Origin: Eledone cirrhosa
Lineage: Eukaryota
DNA: 64,000 bases
Direction: 5' to 3'
Assembly (NCBI GenBank): GCA_964016885.1
Contig: OZ024747.1
Location: 60,760,001 to 60,824,000 of the forward strand
Shown: positions 1 to 14,506 of the stretch, piece after piece
Layout of the letters: the number at the start of each line of letters is the position of its first letter
How positions within the stretch are numbered: the first letter of the stretch is position 1
Notes under the pieces: model-generated
What the model saw: the letters and a program-made list of their open reading frames with translations, nothing else
Told to the model about the DNA's origin: nothing
The model's database searches: none
Translations under genes and position numbers: made by a program

Positions 1-197
1 TTCCTCTAAATATTTGGTTACTTTCAAAATTAATGTAAACACATACGCAAAGTATTTTATTAGAAATATGGTAATGAAAGGGTTAAGAGAAGCATGCAAG
101 AATGAAATGTATGAACAAGTCACAGTCATATGAGCTCTCAAGTCTCAGAATGTGACAAACCATCTTATTCACACAAGCATGAAAAATAGATGATAAT

Positions 198-386
198 AAT
201 AATTGTTTCTACTTTTGGCACAAGGCCAGCAATTATCCCAGTGTATTACTGGTACTTTATTTTATCGACCCCCATAAGGATGAAAGGCAAAGTTAACCTC
301 GGCGGGATTTGAACTCAGATCATAAAGGGAGGTAGCTCTATGCTTCAAAGCATGGCATCCGACCCTCTACCGATACTGCCAATCCA
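198..386 (-). mobile_element. tRNA-derived SINE family A (Meta-domain-like); further single copies at about 7482-7593 (+), 12669-12835 (-), 18985-19391 (-, two), 29028-29195 (+), 31110-31292 (-), 37325-37516 (-)
   Basis: A box (tggcagtatcggtagag), B box (gagttcaaatccc), central aactttgcctttcatccttacggggtcgataaaataaagtaccag, (att)n tail. Confidence 0.85.
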
Positions 387-2023
387 AAGGGAACAGAGAA
401 TCAGTGTTGTATCATATACATATTTAATTACATGTTACATATGTTTCACTGTCGATCAGCTCAAGGAATGATTAATTAATGATCGATCCTGACTCTAGAA
501 TTGGAAGCTCCTTAGATATGTGTTAACATGTAAACTCTGCTCCCCACGAGCATCGGCTGCTCATATCAGCATACCGCCTATGGATGCAATTAATTTGCAC
601 CTTTAATACCTATATATATGTAATATATATATATATATATATATATATCTTTTGCATATAACATATAATAGATGACTAAGGTTTAACAATTAATACAATA
701 TTTATTTGAATTACATATGTTTCATATTTTAATAGACAATATGCCCCCATACACACACACTGCAAGGTGGTCGTGGAGGTGCCACGGCAAAAAAGCACCC
801 AGCCCACACTGCAAAGTGGATGTGTAGGCGCCACGAAAAAGCATCCAGCACTCACTGTAAATGAGGTTGGTGTTAGGAAGGGCATCCAGCTGTAGAAATC
901 AAGCCAAATCAGTTCCTGTATGAGCAAGGCATGGTCAGCCGACTAGACACTGCCCACAACAGGACAACCTGTCTAACCCATGCTAGCGTGGAAGAACGGA
1001 CGTAAAACGGTGATGATGATGATGTTTCATTCTTCCCCAAAGTATGTTATTTTCAATACCTTTGTAGGGAAATCATCAGAATCAATTATATATAATATAG
1101 AGAAGGTATTTATTTATTGACCGTATGTGTACACTGTCATCATTGAAGCATTACACAAACACACCTAGATATATATATCATTATTACTGTTTTACCTCCA
1201 TTTTTCCATGCAACCATGTTTTAGATGAGCTGTGGGCAATGCAAGGTCTTGCTCATACATGGTTTCTACAGCTGGATGGCCTTCCTAGTGCCAATCTAAT
1301 TTACAGTGAGTACTGGGTGCTTTTTGTCGTGATGCCTATACAACCACTTTAATGTGAGTACTGGGTGCCTTTTTGTTGTGACACCTACACAACCACTTTA
1401 TGTATATATTGGGTGCTTTTTGCAATGTCACCATCACAACCACTTTAAAGTGTGGACTGGGTGCTTTTTGTCGTGACACCTACATGACCACTTTACTGTA
1501 TATATTGGGTGCTTTTTGCCATGTCACCATCACAACCACTTTAAAGTGTGTACTGGGTGCTTTTTGTCGTGACACCTACACGACCACTTTACAGTGTATA
1601 CTGGGTGCTTTTTGCTGTGTCACCATCACAACCACTTTACAGTGTTGGGCACACATACACCTTCATAACACATGGCTTGCTATACCACAATGCTGGTGCA
1701 ATGACAAAAAGACACAGAGTCCATACAGTCTAGTGCTAGTGCTGGTGCCACAACAAGAACCATCCAGTCTAACCTGTAAGGAGGTAGTGTTGGTGCCACG
1801 GGAAAAGCTCCCAGTACATTTTGAAATGTGGTTGGCATTAGGATAGGCATTTAGACATAGAGAACACAGCCAATAATGTATTGTATGAGCAAGACATGAT
1901 CACGAGACCTGTCTAGCTTCATAACCTGACAACACATCTAGCTCATGCAAGAATGGAATATATACATTAAAGCAGTGATGTTGATGATGATGAAACTGAT
2001 ACATACAGACATGTATACATACG

Positions 2024-2076
<53 letters not shown>

Positions 2077-2229
2077 ATGGTGTGTGTGTATATATATATA
2101 TATATTCACATACACACACACACACACATATATATATATATTTATACAAACATACACACACACACATATATATATATATTTATACAAACATACACACACA
2201 CACATATATATATATATTTATACAAACAT

Positions 2230-2319
<90 letters not shown>

Positions 2320-2449
2320 TAAGAAAATGCAGCGATATTCTTAATTAGTATTTCAGAAACAACTTTAAAAATTCATGACAATCTAGATACCCCCCCCCCT
2401 CCCCACACACACAGACACACACAGACACACACACACACACACACACACA

Positions 2450-2494
<45 letters not shown>

Positions 2495-2779
2495 AAACAA
2501 ACTAACAATAAAAATAAAAATAAATAAGTAAAAACCTAAAAAAGAAAATATAAGGAATTAGAAAGAAATAATTATAGTGAAAAGTAAAAGGATAAAAAAA
2601 AAATCAGGAGAAAATTGGTAAAAAGGAATTAAGGAGATAATTTAATTGGTGATAATTATTCCATCATGTTTATTAAAATTGTATTTCTTCTGTGTTATAA
2701 TGTTTTTATCATTGTTGTTGTTATTGACATTGCTAACAATAATAATAACAACTACAACAACAAGTATAAAATCAATAAT

Positions 2780-5700
2780 GGTTGTAACAACAACAATAAC
2801 ACAACAACAATAGCAACAGTAGTAGGAATAACAACAATAGTGGCAGTAACAACAACTACAACAACAATAGCAACAGTAGTAGGAATAACAACAATAGTGG
2901 CAGTAACAACTACAACAACAATAGCAACAGTAGTAGGAATAACAACAATAGTGACAGTAACAACAGCTACAACAACAATAGCAACAGTAGTAGGAATAAC
3001 AACAATAGTGGCAGTAACAACAACTACAACAACAATAGCAACAGTAGTAGGAATAACAACAATAGTGGCAGTAACAACAGCTACAACAACAATAGCAACA
3101 GTAGTAGGAATAACAACAATAGTGGCAGTAACAACAGCTACAACAACAATAGCAACACTAGTAGGAATAACAACAATAGTGACAGTAACAACAGCTACAA
3201 CAACAATAGCAACAGTAGTAGGATAACAACAATAATAGCAGTAACAACAACTACAACAACAATAGCAACAGTAGTAGGAATAACAACAATAGTGGCAGTA
3301 ACAACAGCTACAACAACAATAGCAACAGTAGTAGGAATAACAACAATAGTGACAGTAACAACAGCTACAACAACAATAGCAACAGTAGTAGGAATAACAA
3401 CAATAGTGACAGTAACAACAGCTACAACAACAATAGCAACAGTAGTAGGAATAACAACAATAGTGACAGTAACAACAGCTACAACAACAATAGCAACAGT
3501 AGTAGGAATAACAACAATAGTGGCAGTAACAACAGCTACAACAACAATAGCAACAGTAGTAGGAATAACAACAATAGTGGCAGTAACAACAGCTACAACA
3601 ACAATAGCAACAGTAGTAGGAATAACAACAATAGTGACAGTAACAACAGCTACAACAACAATAGCAACAGTAGTAGGAATAACAACAATAGTGGCAGTAA
3701 CAACAGCTACAACAACAATAGCAACAGTAGTAGGAATAACAACAATAGTGACAGTAACAACAGCTACAACAACAATAGCAACAGTAGTAGGAATAACAAC
3801 AATAGTGGCAGTAACAACAGCTACAACAACAATAGCAACAGTAGTAGGAATAACAACAATAGTGGCAGTAACAACAGCTACAACAACAATAGCAACAGTA
3901 GTAGGAATAACAACAATAGTGGCAGTAACAACAACTACAACAACAATAGCAACAGTAGTAGGAATAACAACAATAGTGACAGTAACAACAACAATAACAG
4001 TAGTAGGAATAACAACAACAACAGTAGTAGGAATAACAACAATAGTGGCAGTAACAACAACCACAACAACAATAGCAACAGTAGTAGGAATAACAACAAT
4101 AGTGGCAGTAACAACAACTACAACAACAATAGCAACAGTAGTAGGAATAACAACAATAGTGGCAGTAACAACAACTACAACAACAATAGCAACAGTAGTA
4201 GGAATAACAACAATAGTGGCAGTAACAACAACTACAACAACAATAGCAACAGTAGTAGGAATAACAACAATAGAGGCAGTAACAACAACTACAACAACAA
4301 TAGCAACAGTAGTAGGAATAACAACAATAGTGGCAGTAACAACAACTACAACAACAATAGCAACAGTAGTAGGAATAACAACAATAGTGGCAGTAACAAC
4401 AACTACAACAACAATAGCAACAGTAGTAGGAATAACAACAATAGTGGCAGTAACAACAACTACAACAACAATAGCAACAGTAGTAGGAATAACAACAATA
4501 GTGACAGTAACAACAACAATAACAGTAGTAGGAATAACAACAACAACAGTAGTAGGAATAACAACAATAGTGGCAGTAACAACAACTACAACAACAATAG
4601 CAACAGTAGTAGGAATAACAACAATAGTGGCAGTAACAACAACTACAACAACAATAGCAACAGTAGTAGGAATAACAACAATAGTGGCAGTAACAACAGC
4701 TACAACAACAATAGCAACAGTAGTAGGAATAACAACAATAGTGGCAGTAACAACAACTACAACAACAATAGCAACAGTAGTAGGAATAACAACAATAGTG
4801 ACAACAACAACAACAACAGTAGTAGGAATAACAACAACAATAGTGACAACAACAACAACAGCAGTAGTAGGAATAACAACAACAATAGTGACAACAACAA
4901 CAACAGCAGTAGTAGGAATAACAACAACAATAGTGACAACAACAACAGCAGTAGTAGGAATAACAACAATAACAACAACAACAGTAGTAGGAATAACAAC
5001 AATAGTGACAACAACAACAACAGCAGTAGTAGGAATAACAACAACAATAGTGACAACAACAACAACAGCAGTAGTAGGAATAACAACAATAACAACAACA
5101 GTAGTAGGAATAACAACAATAGTGACAACAACAACAGCAGTAGTAGGAATAACAACAACAATAGTGACAACAACAACAACAGCAGTAGTAGGAATAACAA
5201 CAATAACAACAACAACAGTAGTAGGAATAACAACAATAGTGACAACAACAACAACAGCAGTAGTAGGAATAACAACAATAGTGACAACAACAACAACAGC
5301 AGTAGTAGGAATAACAACAATAGTGACAACAACAACAACAGCAGTAGTAGGAATAACAACAACAATAGTGACAACAGCAACAACAGCAGTAGTAAGAATA
5401 ACAACAACAATAGTGACAACAACAACAACAGCAGTAGTAGGAATAACAACAATAGTGACAACAACAACAACAGCAGTAGTAGGAATAACAACAACAATAG
5501 TGACAACAACAACAGCAGTAGTAGGAATAACAACAACAATAGTGACAACAACAACAACAGCAGTAGTAGGAATAACAACAACAATAGTGACAACAACAAC
5601 AACAGCAGTAGTAGGAATAACAACAATAGTGACAACAACAACAACAACAGTACTAGGAATAACAACAACAATAGTGACAACAACAACAACAGCAGTAGTA

Positions 5701-6920
5701 AGAATAACAACAATAGTGACAACAACAACAACAGCAGTAGTAGGAATAACAACAATAGTGACAACAACAACAACAGCAGTAGTAGGAATAACAACAACAA
5801 TAGTGACAACAACAACAGCAGTAGTAGGAATAACAACAACAATAGTGACAACAACAACAACAGCAGTAGTAGGAATAACAACAACAATAGTGACAACAAC
5901 AACAACAGCAGTAGTAGGAATAACAACAACAATAGTGACAACAACAACAACAACAGTACTAGGAATAACAACAACAATAGTGACAACAACAACAGCAGTA
6001 GTAGGAATAACAACAACAATAGTGACAACAACAACAACAGCAGTAGTAGGAATAACAACAACAATAGTGACAACAACAACAACAGTACTAGGAATAACAA
6101 CAACAATAGTGACAACAACAACAGCAGTAGTAGGAATAACAACAACAATAGTGACAACAACAACAGCAGTAGTAGGAATAACAACAACAATAGTGACAAC
6201 AACAACAACAGTACTAGGAATAACAACAATAGTGACAACAACAACAACAGCAGTAGTAGGAATAACAACAACAATAGTGACAACAACAACAACAGTACTA
6301 GGAATAACAACAACAATAGTGACAACAACAACAACAACAGTACTAGGAATAACAACAACAATAGTGACAACAACAACAACAGCAGTAGTAGGAATAACAA
6401 CAACAATAGTGACAGCAACAACAACAACAACAGCAGTAGTAGGAATAACAACAACAATAACACAGTAACAACAACAACAACAGCAGCAGTAGTAAGAATA
6501 ACAATAACAACAACACAGTAACAACAACAGCAACAAAAGTAGTAGGAATAACAACAACACAGTAACAACAACAATAACAACAGTAGTAGGAGTAACACAG
6601 TAACAACAACAACAGTAGTAAGAATAACAACAATAGTGGCAGTAACCACAACAGTAGTAGGAATAACAACAAAAATAACACAGTAACAACAACACCAGTA
6701 GTAAGAACAACAGTATTAACAACAACAACAATTGTGGCAGTGTTAACAACATCAGTGTTAACAACAATATCAACAACATTAATAGTGGCTGTAGCAACAA
6801 CATTATCAACAACAATATTATGAACAACAGTCACACTAACAACAACAACAATAATGATGAGACGAAGAGAAATAACAAGAACAATAAAAACAACAGTAAC
6901 AGTAGAAACAACAATAACAA
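2780..6920. repeat. ACA/GTA triplet-based minisatellite (57-bp unit changing to about 42-48-bp units near 4790)
   Basis: Unit acaacagctacaacaacaatagcaacagtagtaggaataacaacaatagtggcagta; produces the spurious T/V and poly-L ORFs. Confidence 0.92.
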
Positions 6921-7854
6921 CAACTCCAATATTGTTCAATACTTTTGTTATGATCAATATCTCCACCACCAGCACTAAGCAATTTAACCTAAGAAGAAAA
7001 TGTTTTGATAATCCAAAACAGAGAAAGCAGGCTTTGCTAACATCAATTTTTGTACATGTTATAATGTTATAAAGATCCTTTATATATACTAGCAGAAAAA
7101 CTACCCTTAGGGTGGTTTTCTGCTAGCATGTGTAGTGTGTATATTGATATTATACGCAAGTATATATACATGTAGATATGATACATCAAATAAAATCGTA
7201 ATTGACAATATACACAGAAATAGAACGAAGACTGTGTTACACTGTCTTATGTAATCAGTAACGTAATCCATGATACATTAAAAAAAAGACGGTATTATAT
7301 ATAAACTGCATTAGGAGAAAATTAGTGACAGAAAATTCATATGTTTATTTAAGCTATCGCCACTGGAAGTGTTGACATTTGAAAATATTAAAGAAGTGAA
7401 TCTTTAAATAAATAATAAAATATATTTAATGAACAGCCACGAAATTTAGTAGATAAATTATGTAATATTCATTCATTATTTATTCAAATCCCGTCGAGGT
7501 TAACTTTACCTTTCATCCTTACGGAGTCGATAAAATAAAGTACCAGTAATGTACTGGGTTATTGCTGGCCTTGTGCCTAAAGTAGAAACAATTATTTATT
7601 CAAAGTAATCCAACTTATTTTACTAATGGGATAAAAATTTATAAACCGTACACAGTCCCGCGCTTCTTACTTTATTATAGTTTAGATATACCTGGTGTGC
7701 TTTTGAAACCCTTTTTTTTTTAATAATTTTCCTTATGTATATGTATATATATATATATATATATATGGTAAATTGATGTAATTCAATTTGAGAACTCAAC
7801 ATATATTTTTCAACATAGGAATGACAGAGTATTTTTAGAATAAGGAAATACAAA

Positions 7855-8198
7855 GTAGTTTAGATGTTAAAGTCCTTTATTGATAAGGCTGTGATACATA
7901 TTCTGATGATAACAGTGGCCTCGTGATTCCATGTAGTTCCCAGTGCCATGATCTCATTAGACAGCTTCTCACATAACAAGGTTACAATCAGGAGGTAATC
8001 CAAAATTGAAGTGACTAGGGAACTGACAAACACGATGTTCGTGAACTGAATGTCTGTTCTCCTGATTGTAACCTTATTATGTAAGAAGCTGTCTGATGAG
8101 ATCACGACACTGAGTACTACGCAGAATGACGTGGTCATTGTTGTCATCGAAATATGTATCATGGGCTTATCAATAAAGGACTTTAACATCTAAACTAC
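7855..8198. mobile_element. Fold-back (inverted pseudo-LTR-like) element, probably Penelope-derived
   Basis: Arms about 7855-7994 and 8059-8198 (gtagtttagatgttaaagtcctttattgataag / cttatcaataaaggactttaacatctaaactac). A non-inverted family copy lies at about 37988-38178. Confidence 0.7.
8088..8165 (+). ncRNA. Type I hammerhead motif (same family as 38070) in the right arm of a palindrome
   Basis: GCUGU-CUGAUGA-GAU...AUC-GAAA-UAUGUA-UC-AUGG; stem I partly G-U wobble. Confidence 0.62.
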
Positions 8199-10173
8199 TA
8201 TTTCATTATTCTATATACATATATATATATATAATTCAAAATCTGTACATATGTGACAAGGACAGCCAGTAGAAAAAGGGAGCGAAACAAACACAAGGAT
8301 AAATCCCTGTCATTGGCTGTTCAGTAGGGATCATTCATATATGTTTATATGTGTGTGTGTGTGGAACTATACACTCAAATGTTCAAGATGATCAAATTCC
8401 AAGATAGACTCCATACAAATTATATAAATAACTGTATAACAAATATTTATAACAGGTTTTATTTTTATATTTGTTTTGCAAGATTCTCAATGTGAAATCA
8501 TTTTTTAAACAGATACTGTTTTAATTTGGTAGGGTCATGCTACCAATCAAAACATACGCACTGGTTGTGTTTTATTTTAGTTTGATTATTGACCATTTCA
8601 TTAGCATAGTTCTAATGAAATAATCTGTATTTGAATTAGTTATTGAAAAATGTTTGTGGAATTTACTAAAATTTACTGAACTTATTAATTATTTCCTTCT
8701 TCCAGTCACATCTATGAGTCAATACACTTCTCTTTGTCTTCCTCCTCCTCTTTCAATCTTCTCTATATTTCATCTACCTGTCACCCACCTTGTGGATTGT
8801 CTCTCTATTGACCACTGGTCACTGTCTTTGACAGCATGGAGCTGTTTCAACGACTGTTCGAGCGATGTGTTTTTCATTTTTATATTAATTAAGATGGTAA
8901 CTTAACCTTGTAGCATTTAAACTGGCCATATCTGGCCATAATTCTCTCACCTCCTTTTGTTCAAACTGGCTGTAACTGGCCCCTCATACTGTTGTTAAGG
9001 TATTATGTGAGATGATGAGTTTACCATGAAAATACAATAGTATATATAGAGTAAAGGGTTAACCTATTGTTCTTATATAAAATTATAGTGGAAGATTTTG
9101 ATTTATATAGAAGCCCTTTAAAATGCATTATGCTATGTACCTTCACTATACAGATAGAAAAAAAAAACCAAAACCTTTGTTGTTTCTGAAGGGTTAACAG
9201 ATGCTTATTTTGGAATATTGTTTTGAACCAGAAATACAGAAGAATATGAAAGAGAAAATTTCCAAACATAAAGTAAAGTAACTTAAATTTTCTTTGTGCT
9301 TTTTGTTTATTTCAAAATGAAACGAGGCAAAGAGAGATAGACATCGGCAGACATTGGGGGATTAAAGATGATTGATATTTCTGACATAATAGCAAGTCTT
9401 CAGGGAATTGGAGCAACTGAAGAAAGCAGCAGGGTCAGGCAAATGTTGAAACTTCAGGTAAAGAGGGGAGAAAGTTTGACCTTACTGCAGAGTGTGAAGA
9501 GGAAGTAGGGGAAATGGAAGTGAGTGATATAGAGAAACTGGTGATAGAGTTTTATAGAGTTTTACTGATCATAATAATCTGATATGACATGGTGTCAATT
9601 TAGTTAGCATTGCGGAGGAGGGAAAGGGGGGAGGTCACTTGATGTATGAGGGGAGAGAGGGGATAATATGGAAACTCTGTGTGTGTCTGTTGTGTGTGTG
9701 TAATTGATTTACATATTGTATTCAGTTTTCGGTGATGTGTGGGGGTTTCATTGTTCTGCAAAGTTACATATCATATTTTGTAGATATTAAATAAAGAATA
9801 CACATACAAAAATGTGTGAGTGTGTGTGTGTGTGTATCATCATTCATCATCATCATTTTACGTCTGCTTTTCCCTGCTTGCAAGGGTGGGACGGGAATTG
9901 ATTCTGGCTTGGTTTCTACAGCTGGATGCCCTTCCTAACACCAACCTCATTTACAGTGAGTGCTAGGTGCTTTTTTGCCATAGAACCTCCACCATCACTT
10001 TGCAGTGGAATGATGGAGACCCCAGTCCCTCTCATCTCAATTCTACAGCTGAGTAAACTGGAGCAATGTGAAATAAAGTGTCTTGCTCAAGGAAACAACA
10101 CATCACCCGGTCTGAGAATTGAACACACAACCTTTCGATTGCAAGGCCAATGCTCTAACTACTAAGCCATGTG

Positions 10174-10231
<58 letters not shown>

Positions 10232-10349
10232 AAAGGCGGGTAAAATTCCCGAGATCCATGGACGAGTTCTCTCCAGCGGTCTCTGTCCCTCATTATCGCT
10301 GCCATATATATATATATGCAGGAGGTTATAGTTCACTTGAAGCATTGTA

Positions 10350-11010
10350 TGCAACAACTTCTACGTAGGTAGCACCACCAGACCACTTCACATAAGAATA
10401 AAAGAACACCTCAATACTAACGCTTCCTCATTTAAGAAACACCTAGTTAAATGCAAAATCACCGACAAAACCATAACAGTTAGGATAGAAACTAAGGAAA
10501 GAAACCTCGGCAATCTTAGAATTAAGGAAGCACTAATTATAGATAAAACACAACCACCTATCAATAATAGACTAGAACTCAACACCCAATTTATAACCTG
10601 ATAGGGCTCCTAGCCCCATATTTACACACACACCCCCACACACACACGCTTACACCTCCACTTATTCTCTCTCACACATACACACACAAAACCAGTTCTA
10701 ACACCAGATAACACCTATCCCCCACATTTACGAATAGACTTATCTTCTCACACTCACACACACACACTCACATACTTACACCTTCATGCATTCTCCCACA
10801 CACTTAAACAGGCATGTATATATATAAAAAAAAAAGGGAGACTACTCTTTATCCATCTAATTTTAACTCTTTGACATTAGAGATAGAACAGACACTCTAT
10901 ACTATTTCCTGTCAGCATGGCTTGGGAAGATATTTAGAAGGCTGCTTTGACACCTTTATTTCCCTCTGAAGAAGAGATATTATCTCGAAAATTAAGGACA
11001 TTTAAATAAA
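10350..11010 (+). mobile_element. Penelope-like retroelement 3' fragment: GIY-YIG endonuclease end plus 3' region with hammerhead motif
   Basis: 10350-10601 reads CNNFYVGSTTRPLHIRIKEHLNTNASSFKKHLVKC...LRIKEALIIDKTQPPINNRLELNTQFIT*, i.e. the YIG, R..EH, E and N motifs of the PLE GIY-YIG domain. Hammerhead core at 10966-10990, followed by AATAAA. Confidence 0.85.
10963..10997 (+). ncRNA. Minimal hammerhead motif downstream of the Penelope GIY-YIG fragment
   Basis: CCU-CUGAAGA-A-GAGAU-AUU-AUCUC-GAAA-AUUA-AGG; stem III nearly absent. Confidence 0.55.
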
Positions 11011-11114
11011 TTTAAGGTAAAAGACGATTTGTCAACAATATCTTTTGCAATTGCATTCTTTTTTCTATGTCCATACCTGCATTGTTTTGGCTTTATTATA
11101 CATATTCAAACGTT

Positions 11115-11130
11115 TATATATATATATATG

Positions 11131-11172
<42 letters not shown>

Positions 11173-11496
11173 TACATATATATATATATATGCATATATA
11201 TATATATATATGCATATATATATATATGCATACATATATATATATATGCATATATATATATATATATGCATACATATATATATATATGCATATATACATA
11301 TATATATATGCATATATACATATATATATATATGCATATATATATATATATATATATGCATACATATATATATATATGCATACATATATATATATATGCA
11401 TACATATATATATATATGCATACATATATATATATATGCATATATATATATATATATGCATATATATATATATATATGCATATATATATATATATA

Positions 11497-11536
<40 letters not shown>

Positions 11537-11595
11537 TATATATATATATATATATATGCATATATATATATATATATATATATATGCATATATAA
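11115..11595. repeat. (TA)n microsatellite punctuated by TGCA; similar TA/TG/TC tracts at 2020-2490, 15175-16400, 19580-20930, 35840-37080, 43365-43690, 49200-49430, 62110-62410
   Basis: Direct inspection. Confidence 0.9.
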
Positions 11596-11642
11596 TAAAG
11601 GAAAAAGAAGCTTTTATTTTTTAACTCTATTTTATTTCAAAT

Positions 11643-11708
11643 TATGTTGCATTTCAGAGGCGATAAATATTATAATAGCTTCTTGTTCATGGCGTCACTC
11701 ATCAGATA
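11643..11708 (-). ncRNA. Degenerate hammerhead-like motif
   Basis: Minus strand: UAU-CUGAUGA-...-GAAA-UGCA-AC-AUA, then AATAAA. The cleavage-site U is mutated and stem II is poor. Confidence 0.35.
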
Positions 11709-12544
11709 CATGATTTTATTGTGGAAGGTCGTGTTTTGTATAGTATATTCCATGTAGTATATAGTTATTTAGAGTCGACTCCAATCAGAATTAACGTTTA
11801 TTGTTCCACCTGTTGTTGTTATTTATTGGCACTGTCAAGGTAGTAAGAAAGGTGTTGTTTCATTAACTGCGTGATTGTAGCCGTGTATTTGAATTTGTGT
11901 GTGTTTGTATGTCTGTTTGGGTATATGTATGTTTGTTTCTTTACTGGTGGCGTCAACTTTCCTATTTATATATTTAGGGAACCATGACATGGAGTGCTTA
12001 AGCCAGAACACACCATAGATTGTTGGCCTAAAAAAAAAAAATCAACAACAAATTACTATATGGATATATATATATATATATATATATATGAATTAAAATA
12101 CTAGAGTGTGTTGGAGTTAAACACCCTCTTCGTATTATAGAAATGACAGTAAAGGTATAGCTCAATGTAATTAAACAGAGCCGAAGAATTATGTGTTGAT
12201 GGAGGTGTGTGTTGGTGTGTGTGTATGTGCATGTGTGTGTGTGTGTATATATGTGTGTTGGGCCTTTTAGTGTTGTTATTATTGACATTGTCAATTGTGT
12301 TGTATTATATTGTATTATATTGTGTTATATATAGTGCAATGATATATATCACCACCTTTGTTTAGCTTTAGTTTTTGCATTGGACTATATTTGTAATATG
12401 GTTCAAAATGTTATTCACTTCCTTAGCAATTTTTACTTGATAATTTTTACCCGATAATTTTCCTATGCTTTAATGTATGTACACTCCATATTCTTCTGAG
12501 TTTTTGGCTTGTATTGGCCGATAGTGCTTCTTATAGCTTTAATT

Positions 12545-12582
12545 GCCCTGATGAGTCCTTAATAGGATGAAACATTGTTGGC
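12545..12582 (+). ncRNA. Minimal type I hammerhead motif
   Basis: GCC-CUGAUGA-GUCC-UUAAUA-GGAU-GAAA-CAUUG-UU-GGC followed by AATAAA. Confidence 0.62.
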
Positions 12583-13644
12583 TAATAAAGACTTTTGATG
12601 TATTGAAGGCTTCTTTGGTTTATTTTCATAATATATATATAGATATAGAGAGAGAGAGAGAGAATAATTGGCTCAAGGCCAGCAATTATTCCAGTGCATT
12701 ACTGGTACTTTATTTTATTGACCCCCGTAAGGATGAAAGGCAAAGTTAACGTCGGTGAGATTTGAACTCAGACCGTAAAGGGCCGTAACTCTATGCTGCA
12801 AAGCATGGCATCAGACCCTCTACAGATACAGCCAATTAATGACAGCGAACAGGGAGAGGCAATGTTTCTTTGTTTCATATAGAGAAAAAAGAAGCAAGCC
12901 TCTTCCATTGGATATGCAATGTTAGAGTGTATTAACAGTAGGGTGTGGATGATTTGGAGGAAGAAATGAGAAGTAGTGTGCAAGAGAGAAGTCTGTGTTG
13001 GACATACAATGTGTCTGGATGAGGCACATTGGGTGAAGTAGTGTCAGGTGATGCCAGTGTAAGGATGCCACAGTAGAGGACATTCAAAAAAGATCTGAAC
13101 CTCACAGAGGAGATGACGAAGGAAAATTGCAATTGGAAGGATACTGTGCTGGATGGAGGGGGACCCCTCCAACTCATGCTGGCATGGAAAAGTGGATGTA
13201 AAACTTTTACATCTATTAATCCTAGTCCAATCAGTCTGCCACTACTACTACAACCTCCAACTGTCTCCCTCTTTCTTTCACTCACTCACACTCTCTATAT
13301 ATCAATCTGTCTGTTTATCTCTAACTTTAGTGATTGTATTCCACCCTCATTTACCTCCCCGTCCTATACCACATAGCCCAATGGTTAGAATACTTGCCAT
13401 ACAATGGTAATGTTATCAATTCCTGGACAGGCTGCTGTGTTATGTTCTTGAGCAAAACACTTTATTTCACATTGTTCCAATACACTCAGCTGAGAGTGAG
13501 TACCAACAGTAGCTGGGGAGTTAATCCTGTGTTAAACTAGTGTCCTATCCAGGGAGAAGTTTGTCTTCTCAGTCTCTTAACACCATGGAAACTGGGGATA
13601 AGCACCAGCCTGATGACCCTTTGGCTTAAAACAAACATTGACTA

Positions 13645-14506
13645 ACTCACCTGTATCATATAAAACTAACCTGTATCATATAAAACTAACATGTATCATA
13701 TAAAACTAACCTGTATCATATAAAACTAACATGTATCATATAAAACTAACCTGTATCATATAAAACTAACATGTATCATATAAAACTAACCTGTATCATA
13801 TAAAACTAACCTGTATCATATAAAACTAACATGTATCATATAAAACTAACATGTATCATATAAAACTAACATGTATCATATAAAACTCACCTGTATCATA
13901 TAAAACTAACCTGTATCATATAAAACTAACCTGTATCATATAAAACTAACATGTATCATATAAAACTAACCTGTATCATATAAAACTAACCTGTATCATA
14001 TAAAACTAACATGTATCATATAAAACTAACCTGTATCATATAAAACTAACCTGTATCATATAAAACTAACATGTATCATATAAAACTAACCTGTATCATA
14101 TAAAACTAACATGTATCATATAAAACTAACCTGTATCATATAAAACTAACATGTATCATATAAAACTCACCTGTATCATATAAAACTAACATGTATCATA
14201 TAAAACTCACCTGTATCATATAAAACTAACATGTATCATATAAAACTCACCTGTATCATATAAAACTAACATGTATCATATAAAACTCACCTGTATCATA
14301 TAAAACTAACATGTATCATATAAAACTCACCTGTATCATATAAAACTCACCTGTATCATATAAAACTCACCTGTATCATATAAAACTAACATGTATCATA
14401 TAAAACTAACATGTATCATATAAAACTCACCTGTATCATATAAAACTAACCTGTATCATATAAAACTCACCTGTATCATATAAAACTAACATGTATCATA
14501 TAAAAC
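13645..14506. repeat. 20-bp tandem satellite, about 43 copies
   Basis: taaaact(a/c)ac(c/a)tgtatcata in perfect 20-bp register, directly after the tail of a CORE-like SINE. Confidence 0.97.

Noticed and set aside
435-468. Hammerhead-like remnants at 435-468 (-), 9373-9408 (-) and 58877-58913 (+)
   Set aside because: The GAAA/stem III half is present but the core or stems are too degenerate to call.
3195-6827. 1058-1210 aa T/V-rich 'mucin-like' ORFs on both strands
   Set aside because: Pure triplet-based minisatellite, open on both strands, with a frameshift near 3222 and no non-repetitive domain or convincing splice context.
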